A DNA stretch of 64,000 nt from Phoronis australis (taxonomy: Eukaryota; Animalia; Phoronida), in the NCBI GenBank assembly GCA_002633005.1, contig NMRA01000024.1, positions 955,786 to 1,019,785 of the forward strand, read 5' to 3'. The translations under genes were made by a program, and so were the position numbers. Positions 24,915 through 34,817 of the stretch are shown one piece after another (within the stretch, counting starts at the first letter, position 1; every line of letters begins with the position of its first letter). Under the pieces are notes generated by a model. That model was not told where the DNA came from and searched no databases. It saw only the letters and a program-made list of their open reading frames with translations.

Positions 24915-26330
24915 AAACTAACACAACGTGGTATTCGTCCTCTACACATCCCGAATTACATAAATTTCATTTTTCATTGGGAATATTTGTGTGCCGACCT
25001 CTTTCTACTAGTAACGAATGATTTGAGCCTAGCAATCGAGTCAGAGATTGGATAAAACGTGGAGATTCCTTACAAAACTTGCCCAATTATAAGAAGACCT
25101 TCCCATCAAGTCTGACTGTCAGAAAAAAAGTGTATCGTCCGCTGACTTTACCCCACGATTACTAGGCATCCTCAGTATTTTGAACCAATATTTTATACAG
25201 GATACGAAATATTGAGTAAACAATGGGAATCGACCACATTCTCCCATGACTGCCGAGTTAGAGCAACAACTGCCTACTCCTAATATGCCTTTACAATACT
25301 TCATATGTACATTTTCCAATTGTTAATATTCCTTAACGCCCCATATCTCATCCAGCCTCGTAACACAAAGAGGTGTAAACCATTTTATCGAACAGGGGAA
25401 AGGCTATCGACGGAGGTAGATCCATGCGCGCACCTAGGGGGCTCGAGTTCGACCCCCACCCCATTTGGTGAATTGGGCAAAAAGGTCCGCCTCAGAGAAA
25501 CGAAAAGTCCGAGAAAACGAGACAAAAGTCCACTAAAACGACGCGAATAAACAATCCATAGCCGAACGTGGTACCCGGTGGTTTTTTTTTGGTCCCCGTT
25601 TTTTCTTTTAGTAAAAGGTCCATGTTGTCAGAAATTCGAGCCCCCCTGTATTTTTGGCTGGGTGCGCGCATGAGATCACGACATCTTCACTTTAATTTAC
25701 AAATTTCAGAGGCAGCTTTATTTGCTTGACTAGATAACGTTTTAAAGGCGTTGGTTCACAAAACTTAGGGTAATAAACCCGCCAACGTATTTGTAATGAA
25801 ACACAACATCGACTGAAGTTCCATCGTAGAACCATTTCTCAGGTCGTCTAGGGAGACTGCCATTTTTCAAAACGGCCACCTTAGTTTTCTTCAAGTTCAC
25901 TTACATGCCCATGATTCGCAAAATTCACAATTAAGCATACGTTGTAAGTTAATGGCGGTAGAGGAACACAACATCATGTCATCTGCTTACAGCAGGGAGT
26001 TAACTCTTGGCACTTGTTTGCTGAGATATGATGTGCTATTAATATTACTCTTCGCTGTCAGTCAATTCAGAAATTCGTTTAGATACAACAAAATAATAAT
26101 GACCTGGTCATGAAACCTGGCGAATACCAACAGTACAATCAAAGAACTCTGTAAGACCACGATCTTGAGGTTTCGTGCAAGTGCGTAATCTACCACTCAT
26201 AGAGCGAGGTATGCTGAAAATTTTAGCGTGCATATCAATATTTTTCAATCTATAGAAGAGTAAATTATGAGAGATTCGATCGAATGTCTTTGAGAAATCC
26301 ACGAAAGGCTGCGGCTTGAAGTCGCCATTG
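24915..26330 (-). mobile_element. Decayed LINE ORF2 (RT core plus C-terminal Cys/His motif), interrupted by a MITE
   Basis: Collinear fragments with stops and frameshifts: FVDFSKTFDRISHNLLFYRL, TEFFDCTVGIRQ, MKYCKGILGV..SNSAVMGECGRFPL, NHSLLVERGRHTNIP, CNSGCVEDEYHVVL. Confidence 0.85.
25423..25672. mobile_element. 250 bp MITE with 5 bp TSD (AGATC), inserted in the LINE remnant
   Basis: AGATC|CATGCGCGCACC ... GGTGCGCGCATG|AGATC, with a perfect 12 bp TIR. Confidence 0.88.
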
Positions 26331-26723
26331 TTTTTTATACGTGAAAGGTCACACTTTCCATTTAAGGAAATGAATTTCATCTATGTCTTGCCATACCAAA
26401 TAAGGAGACGTGCTTTGCTCTGTGGGAGAAAAATCAACGAATTGACTAGCAGTTGACATGTGGTTTTTTTAAATTAGAAACTAAAAGAAAAATGATTCGA
26501 CATAAACAGAAATTCGAAATCTTTACGAACAAACCGTAAAAATAGCAGGTCGAATTCTGTTTCATTGGCAGAGAACCACTTTGAATAATGCCATTTGCCA
26601 TTAAGTATTTTTTTTTCGCTTTCCAGGCCTCTTTAAATTGTCTTTCAGAAGTAGATGTGTAACTGTAAAAAAAATGTCCTGCTGTAAGTTACTTTTCGTG
26701 AAACATACCCCTGATGTCAGCGC

Positions 26724-29700
26724 CTACCAGTTGAAGGGTGAGGTAGCAGTGCTTAGAACAGTTGAGCAGGTGGTGGGTAAAAGTTCCCCAACTTCATTAA
26801 GAATCAGTCGCTGAGCTGACCCTTTCGCTGGTTGAGGTGGTTTGTCGGCTAAGGCAACGCACAGACGGCATGAGCTAACAGTCCATTGGTAGAACTGTGC
26901 AGATGCTGTGCATTTGTTTTTCAGTTGTCTTCCTGTGTACCCTTCCAGCATCTCAAGAACTCTTGCAGCTATCTCGGGCCGCAGGTGTCTTAGCCTGAAG
27001 TCACGAATCCGCTTTGGCAGCCCGACGTAGGTGCGCGTGCGCAAACTAGTGAGTAGTCCTTGGCACGCGACCCATTCATTTGTGTCGTCCTCGTGTGTGC
27101 CTAACATCAGCAAGGCTGCTCTGAAAACGTCGTGGACAGCGGTTGGTGGGTTCGTCTCCTCGCGAACTTTTGCCATTTGCTCCCTGTCCATGTTCAGTAA
27201 TCCGTCTCTCATGTCATTGAGCTTGGATAACTTATCCTTCAACCCTTTGGCCATTTTCAACTCTTTCTGAAACAACTCGCTGTCGCCGCATTCTTCTAAC
27301 TCCTGCACAACTTTTTGTAACTCGCTAGAGTCTTTTTGTTCTATAGCGTCCTTAAGCAGTTGTTTTCGATTCAGTGCCATAACTGTTGATTTTACGCGGG
27401 AAACTAATTTTTTATCCCTAACCAAGCCCCTATTTTCTTTTACAAAAGTTTCGTAGTTTGACAGAGCATCTGTGATATCGGAAAGAGACCCTGATCCCCT
27501 GACTTCTTGTAATTTAGTACTCAATCTTAGATGTTCGGCTATAACTTCTTTGCTAATTTTTCTTTCGATCTCTTCCAGCACGTGTTCAGTTTTATTTAGT
27601 AATAGTTCATCTTCTGTGCGCTCCTCTGCAGAGGCAACAAACGTTTTATACTGCTCGAGTGCCTCTAATATCGCCGATTTATCTACCTCTTGAAGCGCCG
27701 TTAGCAGCCGTTGTTTTCGTTTGTCGTTTTCGGCTAGTGCCGCTGATGGCCGCTTCTCGGATTTTTTCACTTTAGGTTTGAGCGTTTCGTCCAGAGAAAA
27801 CATGTCTCTGTTTTTCTCTACGAAACGCTTATAGTTTGCCCAAGATGTGCGCACGCTGTGAATATCGTCCCTCTTTACGTGTTTAAGTTCTTTTTTCAAA
27901 ATTTCATGCTCCTTGTGCATCTCATCTTCCACAGTTTTTAGATACTTGCTGCATTTCTTGGTAATCTTTTCATCAGGTTCGAGGCCCGCACCTTTAACTG
28001 CACTTTCATAATCAACCACCGCTTGTAACAAGGTTTGCCTATCATTTTCTTTTGTTGCCCGCTTTACCTTTCTTTTCAGACGATTTTCTGCGCTTTTGAC
28101 TACTTTATTTGCCTCATTTTGTAACCGCTCGTTTTCAATGGATTCTTGTGGAGCACTTTCCATTTCACCTTCGGCTTCATGGGCTGTTGTTTTTTCTCCA
28201 GTCGTGGTCTGTGGTGCACATAAATCGCCCTCTTGTTTGTGCGATTCAGTTTGTTGTGAAGAATATTTGTCAATTTCTGAGAATGACTTATCTATTGAAA
28301 CGTCTTGTTCTTCGTGGGAAGGAAATTTTTGGAGTTTGGTGGACGTTTTTTCACTTGAAATATCCACTTTGACGGACACGTCTTCTGACCACGGTGTTTT
28401 GTGTTTTTCTACCGATTCCGCTGAAGCTATTATTGTTTTTGACGCAGTTTTCTTGGGCAGCGTTGCTTCTGGCGGTATTTCATAGGATCGACGTTTTTCG
28501 TGTTCCATTAAAGCCTTCTCGACTTTCTTCGTTTCGCTTTTGGTGCTCCTTGTGGAATCACTTAGCTTCATTTTATCTTCTTGCATCTCATGTAAAAAAC
28601 TGTCGCTTTGGTGAAAAGTTACGTCAGATCTATTTTCTTCTGCGACCCCTGACCCATCAATTTTATCGTCCTTTTTGATGGAAACACCGCTTAAGACGTC
28701 ATTTATTGAACGCTGTTTCATTTCTGAGTCATCGCCCGTCTTGCTGTCGCGTCGCGATCCTTGTTCTGGACTTGTTCTTGTTTCATCAGTTGAAATGCTG
28801 GCCTCGGGTTTCCCAGCTAAGAGGTTACGCGCCTCTGATAAAAGAGCATTGTCGCACTGAACTTCATTTTTATGTTTCTCAGTAAACTCTTCGTAGTGGC
28901 ATAACGTGCGGTAAATTTGAGACTTGCTTGCACAAACAAGAGAACCCCTGAGGGCTTGAGAGATCGACTCGAACATAGCAGTGACATCTTTGACTCTTTG
29001 TATTATTTCTTTTACGTTCTGCAACAGAAATTCGTCGGCCGTGATAATCCCAGTGTTGTACTTAATAAAGTCCTCGTACTTTGCGCAAGCCATCTCAGCA
29101 TCTTCTAGTTTAGACCACAATGTAATGCCTTTCAGTTCCTCCTTTATCATCTCGTGTTCGTTGTCAAGATTTGCAACCCGCTGGACGTGTTCCTGGATTA
29201 TGATTTTGGCACATGAGATCAGTTGCTCGTCTGGATTCCATCCAATGCCTTTGCATTTCTTCTCATATTCTGCTATCGCAGATTTGATTAGATTTATGTC
29301 TCCAGAAGCCTTTGCAGTCTTAAGTTTTTCAATACTATTGTTAATTAAAGCTTCATTTTTCTCACAAGTTTTCAGTACTTTGACAGCCTCGGACATCATT
29401 TTTTTGTCTAGGCGCTGTTTACTTCCTGTTTTCTCCAGTTCTTCATATTCCGATAAAAGGACTCGCAAATCTTCAATATTTTGTTGTTTCATAGCCTTCT
29501 TTAAATTTGCTGTTACTTCGTCAAATCGGCGCTTCTTATCTTCTTGTGCAACTATGTTTTCTAACGCCCTCCTGGTTTCGTTTATGAAATTTTTATCTAT
29601 AATTTTTTCATTTGCGTTTGTTTCAGCAAAAATTTCCATCTTTGATAAATTTGATCGAAGAAGGTCGGATTTCTGAGCTTCGATCGCCGTGTTGATTTCA

Positions 29701-32700
29701 TTCTTGAGAGACATGTACTCTTTTGCAAGCTCTTTTTCTTTCTTTTCCAATTTCAGAACTTCACTTTCACCTTCTTCTATAAGTTCGTTTTGCATGTCGA
29801 TGTTCATATCCACTATGTCTTTGCTATGATCGTTGAAAAAGTTTTTGTACTTCAAGCAAGCCATTTTAATCTCTGACTTTTTTCCTTCTTTCAGAGCATT
29901 TTCCAAATCCTGCGCCAGAGGTGTTGCTTCGTCTATCAACTTTTCACGATTTGCTTTTAACTGATCAAGTCTTTTCTTGACGTCTTGAAGCAGCTCTTCA
30001 TCAGGCCAGACAAAGTCGTTGTTCTGTTTGATGAAGGTTTGGCAACGTACTACAGTCTCGTTTAGTACACAAATATCTCTCGTTTTTTTGGCCTTAGTCA
30101 TCAGATTCTTCAACTCTCCATATTCTTTTGTCAAAAATTTCATACGTGTTTTTAATTCATTGACTAGCCCATTTGCTTTCTTTATAAGCTTTTTATCCAC
30201 GACCTCTTCGTCTAAGTTGGAGTAAGTAACCAATGTCTTACTGATATCGTCTATGTTTTGTGTTTCCATGGCTTGTCGTAGAAGAGATTCTTGTTCTTTT
30301 GCCAGAGCCCCTTGTCTTTTAGCTTGCAGCCTTAAAGCGTCTGCGGCACTGGAAAGTAGTGCTTCGTCTACTGGTACTTTCCCGCCTTGACGTTTAAGAA
30401 AACCTTCATACTTGGATAAACATTCTTTTATTTCTTTAACACCAAGAGAAAATACAGCGAGGCGCAGATTTTCTTTCAATTTTCTCTCAGTACGGATATT
30501 TTCTTTGTCTAGTTCAAGTAATAGTTTTTCTGCGTACTGCAGTACCGCCTCGTCACTCGGCCCTGCAATTTCCCTGAAATTTGTTAGTGCAGATTTGATC
30601 AAAAGGCAATCGCGTAATTTCACAGCATTGTTCAGTTCACGTTTGACGTCAACATTTCTTTGTTCTTCCAACCTGTTTAAAGTTGATTTGACCGAGTTCA
30701 TCAGCTCGGTATCGTCAATGCAGATTCCAGGATTCTGTTTCCGAAATGCTTCGTAATTTCCAACTTTCAATCGAAGATCACTCAAAACAGGTTTCCTTAG
30801 TGCCACGGCTAGAGCATCAACTACCTCCTCATATCGCTCTTCATCATCTTGTCTAGCTGAATTTGTTGTTTCAACACATTTATGGGCTTCGTCTATTAAC
30901 GTCTCATTCATCAAGTGTTCGCATCCATTGTCTTTGGCATAGTGTCTATAGTTGTGTAGTTCAGCGTTTACTTTCATTCCGTTTTTTGCTCTAATTGCAT
31001 CTTGTATCGGTTTTTCGAACACTTTCAGATCTTCACGGCATTTTTCTTGAAGGGAATTTAGAGTGCTTTGTGCTGCTTTTACCAGTGTCCCGTTAATGGT
31101 AATTTTGTTTGTGTTTTCGTTGGCGAATGCTTCATAATTACGTAGTGATGTTTCCAGCCGTCTTACGTTTTTAATGCAAAGCGAATCCGTTAGTAGCTTG
31201 CTTAGCTCTGTTTCTTTGTGTTCTCTCTTTTCCTTAAAGCCTTGCAAAATTTCATCTGCGCTGTCGACAAGTGTCTTGTCAAGATGCTTGCAGTCACTGT
31301 ATTTTAAGCAGTACTCTCTGTATGCTGCAAGCGTGATGACAATGTCGTCTTCATTGGTTAAATACACTGCATCCAACAGTTCTAGTTTCAGGCGCTCTCC
31401 CTCTGAAATTTCGTTTAATCTTTGCGTAGCAGATGTCGTTTTCTCCACCAGATCGTAATCTGCCGCTAAGGAATTGTTTTTGTCTTGGAATTGTTTGCTT
31501 TCTGTCAAATCACCAACCGTGTTGACAGAAATCGCTGCGTTTTTACGCGCTTCAATTTCTAATGAAACATCGCCCCATTTCCCCTTTTCTGTCAGTATTT
31601 CCTGTGCCTTGTTCATGAGACTATGATCAAGGTTACCCGTATCATACAACAGCACAAAGTCCTGATATTCGTAGATAGCTTTCTCGAGATCTTCCACATT
31701 TTCTGTTGACAAAGCTTTTTGTAAAGTCAAATTTATTTCAGCGATTGCATTTTCGTCTCCATCTGTCTTTGCCTTATCGGGAGTGGCAGTCTCTCTCTCT
31801 GCGTAATCATTCTCCTCGTTGGATGCAAATGACCGCTCTGCGGTTTCCTCCTGACTTCCATTTGATTGCTGTTCGTCCATTTCGATAACGGTACTTACTC
31901 TTCTGGACTCTTTGCGGTGCCCTGGGCTTCCGAGTTGCGATCGTAGGTCCATTTTTTCGTACTGTGCTTGAGCACGCGAAACCAAGATACTGTCAATAGA
32001 AATGTCGCTGCCGTGTTTTTGGCCGAACGACATATAGTTTTCTAGGGCTTGCAACACTTCTTCTTTTTCTCCTACGTACAGCGTGTCTTCCAGTTTGTTC
32101 TTCAATTCCATTTCCTGTTCTATTTCAATGTCTATGATATCGTCGACAATGTCCTGTGCTGTTTGTAGCAGTTCGAAGTCTATGTCTGCTTTGTGTTGTA
32201 TTCCAAAGTTTTTGTAGTTGTACAGACCTCTGCGTATCGCCATTTCGTCATTTGACAGAAGCGCTTGTTCTAGTTCTTCTCGAAGCTCGTTTTCTCGTAA
32301 AGCTTTGTTCTGGTGCTCTTCTGCGCTTGTTCTGGCACTCATAGCTTCTAATAGTTTTTCATTTTCTCGAATAAAATCGTCGGAAAAAACGGACGCCCTC
32401 CATGTTGACTCAAAATCCGTGGATAGCCGTTTCACTTCCCGCTTCGTTGTCCACTCAAGCTCTTTTACCAACTGTTTCGACTGCATGATTAACCCCTTAT
32501 TAATTTTCACAAGACCATTGTGTTCTCTTTCAAAATTTTCGCATTGCTCGATCTTTGCTTTGATTTTTTCTGCATTGTTTGTTTTCAGTACTTTAATTAA
32601 GCTTAGCTGCTGCTGTTTTACTTTGCCTTGCAGTTTCATCGTCTGTTTTTGTTTTAGTATATTTTTTGTAGCTTGCACAAACTTCGTCTCAAAGGAGGCA

Positions 32701-34817
32701 CTCCTTGATGGTGGTAACGCTAGCTTTTCATATTTTTCAAGTGCAGCTCTCATTTTAGTTTCCTTGCCAGATATTATCGCTCTGACAAATTCTGCTTTTA
32801 ATAATTTCTCCTCAGCTGTGCAATTTCTGTCCCAGTCTTTGATGTTTTCTTCTGTCATCTCAACTAAACTGTCATTCAACGATACCCTTCTCCTTTCCCC
32901 GAGTTGCCTGTACCTCATCAACTTGATCCTTGCTGAATATTCGTTATTTTTCTCTAGAGCTTTTTGTAGTTGCTGCTCCAGCTGGTTTGCTTGTTTCTTA
33001 GCCGCTTTCGTTCTAGCTATCATTTTCATGATTCTGTTAAGTATTTCGGGAATTGTAGGACATTTGTTGTACTTAAGTCCGATAGCATAAAAGCAGATTA
33101 GAAATGTGCTGAAGACTAATATCAAACCAAGTGGCAATGCCCATGCAGCTGGGCTTGTGGAGAATTGCACGTAAAAGCTTCTTGTGAGCTTTTCACCGGT
33201 GTTGTAAGCCGAGCCATGCAACAAGGGTCTTACGACACATGTATAAATTCCTGTGATAGCGTCTGTGTTTTTCTCATCGATACTTCTTTGCACATTAATG
33301 ACGAGAATGCTCTTGTTGGACCTAAAGGTGATGTATGGTGAATCGTCATCTTCCGCAATGTCGTTGTTTTGACATTCTTCAAGAGTAACTTCCCTACACC
33401 ACGTGACGGCCGTGCGTTCTCTTGGATCTAACACTTTCTCGCAATTCATTTCAAATACTTCAGTACTTTCAGTAACTGTTACCTCTTCAGTGAGGATATG
33501 GTCCTCGCCGTCCGCCCACTTCAATGGAGATAAGACGAGAAGATACGTAGATGATATGATCGTGCCCAGTTTGTTGCTGATGGAACACTGAATCAGTGCA
33601 GAGTCATTCTTTGTGACAGCCTTCAGAGTGAGGGTTGACCGCTCCACTTTGTGTCGCGTTGAAGGTCTCAATTTGTCTCCGTTTATATACCATACTATAT
33701 TTACTGGTTTTAATGTGTTTCGATCCTCTTCACATTCGTAAAACACGTCGTTTCCAACTACTGTCTTTTTATCTGTCAGTTTTTTTCTTGGAGAGAACAC
33801 CGGCGGAAACACAACTTGAATGTGAACGACTGCTCTGGCAATTAATTCCTTTGTGGCTGGATGTCGTCCCTCACAGGTGTATCTTCCTGTGTGTAGAGCC
33901 TCGGCATTTATACCTAGCAGCTCAATGGAAGCTTCCGTGTTCACTCTTATCTTAGCTTTGGGTATTCTGTTGGGGTACAACCATGTGATATAGGGCGTTG
34001 GGTTCCCAACGAAAATGCACTTTAATGAGAATGAAGTTCCCGCGGTAATCTGTTGAGTGTCTTTGGGTGCATAGACCAAACGTTGTGATTCCGTTAGTGA
34101 CGGACCAGGTATCCCTTGTAGTGTGTACCTATCCAGTCCAACTTTCTGCGTAATCTCCTTGTTGACCTGGAAACATGCCAGTGCTCTTTCTCGAAGTTTT
34201 TCAAAATCTTTAGTTGTAGTATGAGCTATGATAAGAGAACCGTTGTCTGGTCTAATAGACATCCGATTGGTTTCCACCAGTTCTTCGATCTCCGTTGGGT
34301 TAAAACTCTCTCGTGTCATCCACGACCACGTGAAGATTGGATTTGGAGGGTGTTGCTCACGAATCGGTGTGCATGGAATTTCTACCTTGGCGCCAAGTTG
34401 AACTCGCATCACTTTGTTTGTAGGTTCATACTGTCGAATGTAGTAAACGTCTATTTGCGACAAAAAAGATAAGTCTCGCCCAAATGCATTGGAAGCAAAG
34501 CACCGGTAACTCAACTTGTCTTTGTTACCAATGTTCATAAAGTAAAGTGTACTTCCTTGTTCGTTTGAGGTGTACATTATTTTGGGTATTGGGAACGCCG
34601 TTCCATTTCTATATATTTTCTGCCAGCTGTACTGGATTGGCGGTGTACCTTCAGCTTTACACGAAATCCTTAAATTTTGGTTGTAATGGGCTCCAATTTT
34701 GGCACGAGGTTGCTGTATGATTCTGGCGGGTTGGCCTACCTCCATTCCTGACTGAAGATTTATCAGCATCTGGAACCAAAGAACAAAGTGACACTGTATT
34801 AAATTACAGAATGTCAT
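26724..34817 (-). CDS. 2697 aa single-pass membrane protein: 5 Ig-like domains, TM helix, long helical-repeat cytoplasmic rod, C-terminal dynein-MTBD-like domain
   Basis: Uninterrupted 8094 nt ORF. Ig signatures: ISCKAEGTPPIQYSW...YRCFASN, LKCIFVGNPTPYITW...TGRYTCEG, YECE..IVWYING...DSALIQCSISN, TGIYTCVV. Hydrophobic WALPLGLILVFSTFLICFYAIGL at about 33075-33146. The start is uncertain: ATG 34817 gives a plausible signal peptide, but there is also an acceptor-like TTCTTTGGTTCCAG before ATG 34769. Confidence 0.9.
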   Translation of the reverse strand: MTFCNLIQCHFVLWFQMLINLQSGMEVGQPARIIQQPRAKIGAHYNQNLRISCKAEGTPPIQYSWQKIYRNGTAFPIPKIMYTSNEQGSTLYFMNIGNKDKLSYRCFASNAFGRDLSFLSQIDVYYIRQYEPTNKVMRVQLGAKVEIPCTPIREQHPPNPIFTWSWMTRESFNPTEIEELVETNRMSIRPDNGSLIIAHTTTKDFEKLRERALACFQVNKEITQKVGLDRYTLQGIPGPSLTESQRLVYAPKDTQQITAGTSFSLKCIFVGNPTPYITWLYPNRIPKAKIRVNTEASIELLGINAEALHTGRYTCEGRHPATKELIARAVVHIQVVFPPVFSPRKKLTDKKTVVGNDVFYECEEDRNTLKPVNIVWYINGDKLRPSTRHKVERSTLTLKAVTKNDSALIQCSISNKLGTIISSTYLLVLSPLKWADGEDHILTEEVTVTESTEVFEMNCEKVLDPRERTAVTWCREVTLEECQNNDIAEDDDSPYITFRSNKSILVINVQRSIDEKNTDAITGIYTCVVRPLLHGSAYNTGEKLTRSFYVQFSTSPAAWALPLGLILVFSTFLICFYAIGLKYNKCPTIPEILNRIMKMIARTKAAKKQANQLEQQLQKALEKNNEYSARIKLMRYRQLGERRRVSLNDSLVEMTEENIKDWDRNCTAEEKLLKAEFVRAIISGKETKMRAALEKYEKLALPPSRSASFETKFVQATKNILKQKQTMKLQGKVKQQQLSLIKVLKTNNAEKIKAKIEQCENFEREHNGLVKINKGLIMQSKQLVKELEWTTKREVKRLSTDFESTWRASVFSDDFIRENEKLLEAMSARTSAEEHQNKALRENELREELEQALLSNDEMAIRRGLYNYKNFGIQHKADIDFELLQTAQDIVDDIIDIEIEQEMELKNKLEDTLYVGEKEEVLQALENYMSFGQKHGSDISIDSILVSRAQAQYEKMDLRSQLGSPGHRKESRRVSTVIEMDEQQSNGSQEETAERSFASNEENDYAERETATPDKAKTDGDENAIAEINLTLQKALSTENVEDLEKAIYEYQDFVLLYDTGNLDHSLMNKAQEILTEKGKWGDVSLEIEARKNAAISVNTVGDLTESKQFQDKNNSLAADYDLVEKTTSATQRLNEISEGERLKLELLDAVYLTNEDDIVITLAAYREYCLKYSDCKHLDKTLVDSADEILQGFKEKREHKETELSKLLTDSLCIKNVRRLETSLRNYEAFANENTNKITINGTLVKAAQSTLNSLQEKCREDLKVFEKPIQDAIRAKNGMKVNAELHNYRHYAKDNGCEHLMNETLIDEAHKCVETTNSARQDDEERYEEVVDALAVALRKPVLSDLRLKVGNYEAFRKQNPGICIDDTELMNSVKSTLNRLEEQRNVDVKRELNNAVKLRDCLLIKSALTNFREIAGPSDEAVLQYAEKLLLELDKENIRTERKLKENLRLAVFSLGVKEIKECLSKYEGFLKRQGGKVPVDEALLSSAADALRLQAKRQGALAKEQESLLRQAMETQNIDDISKTLVTYSNLDEEVVDKKLIKKANGLVNELKTRMKFLTKEYGELKNLMTKAKKTRDICVLNETVVRCQTFIKQNNDFVWPDEELLQDVKKRLDQLKANREKLIDEATPLAQDLENALKEGKKSEIKMACLKYKNFFNDHSKDIVDMNIDMQNELIEEGESEVLKLEKKEKELAKEYMSLKNEINTAIEAQKSDLLRSNLSKMEIFAETNANEKIIDKNFINETRRALENIVAQEDKKRRFDEVTANLKKAMKQQNIEDLRVLLSEYEELEKTGSKQRLDKKMMSEAVKVLKTCEKNEALINNSIEKLKTAKASGDINLIKSAIAEYEKKCKGIGWNPDEQLISCAKIIIQEHVQRVANLDNEHEMIKEELKGITLWSKLEDAEMACAKYEDFIKYNTGIITADEFLLQNVKEIIQRVKDVTAMFESISQALRGSLVCASKSQIYRTLCHYEEFTEKHKNEVQCDNALLSEARNLLAGKPEASISTDETRTSPEQGSRRDSKTGDDSEMKQRSINDVLSGVSIKKDDKIDGSGVAEENRSDVTFHQSDSFLHEMQEDKMKLSDSTRSTKSETKKVEKALMEHEKRRSYEIPPEATLPKKTASKTIIASAESVEKHKTPWSEDVSVKVDISSEKTSTKLQKFPSHEEQDVSIDKSFSEIDKYSSQQTESHKQEGDLCAPQTTTGEKTTAHEAEGEMESAPQESIENERLQNEANKVVKSAENRLKRKVKRATKENDRQTLLQAVVDYESAVKGAGLEPDEKITKKCSKYLKTVEDEMHKEHEILKKELKHVKRDDIHSVRTSWANYKRFVEKNRDMFSLDETLKPKVKKSEKRPSAALAENDKRKQRLLTALQEVDKSAILEALEQYKTFVASAEERTEDELLLNKTEHVLEEIERKISKEVIAEHLRLSTKLQEVRGSGSLSDITDALSNYETFVKENRGLVRDKKLVSRVKSTVMALNRKQLLKDAIEQKDSSELQKVVQELEECGDSELFQKELKMAKGLKDKLSKLNDMRDGLLNMDREQMAKVREETNPPTAVHDVFRAALLMLGTHEDDTNEWVACQGLLTSLRTRTYVGLPKRIRDFRLRHLRPEIAARVLEMLEGYTGRQLKNKCTASAQFYQWTVSSCRLCVALADKPPQPAKGSAQRLILNEVGELLPTTCSTVLSTATSPFNW

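Noticed and set aside
27031-34472. Many long plus-strand ORFs (e.g. 28981..29676, 32218..33090)
   Set aside because: These are antisense shadows of the giant ORF. Their S/F/L-rich composition mirrors its E/K codons.
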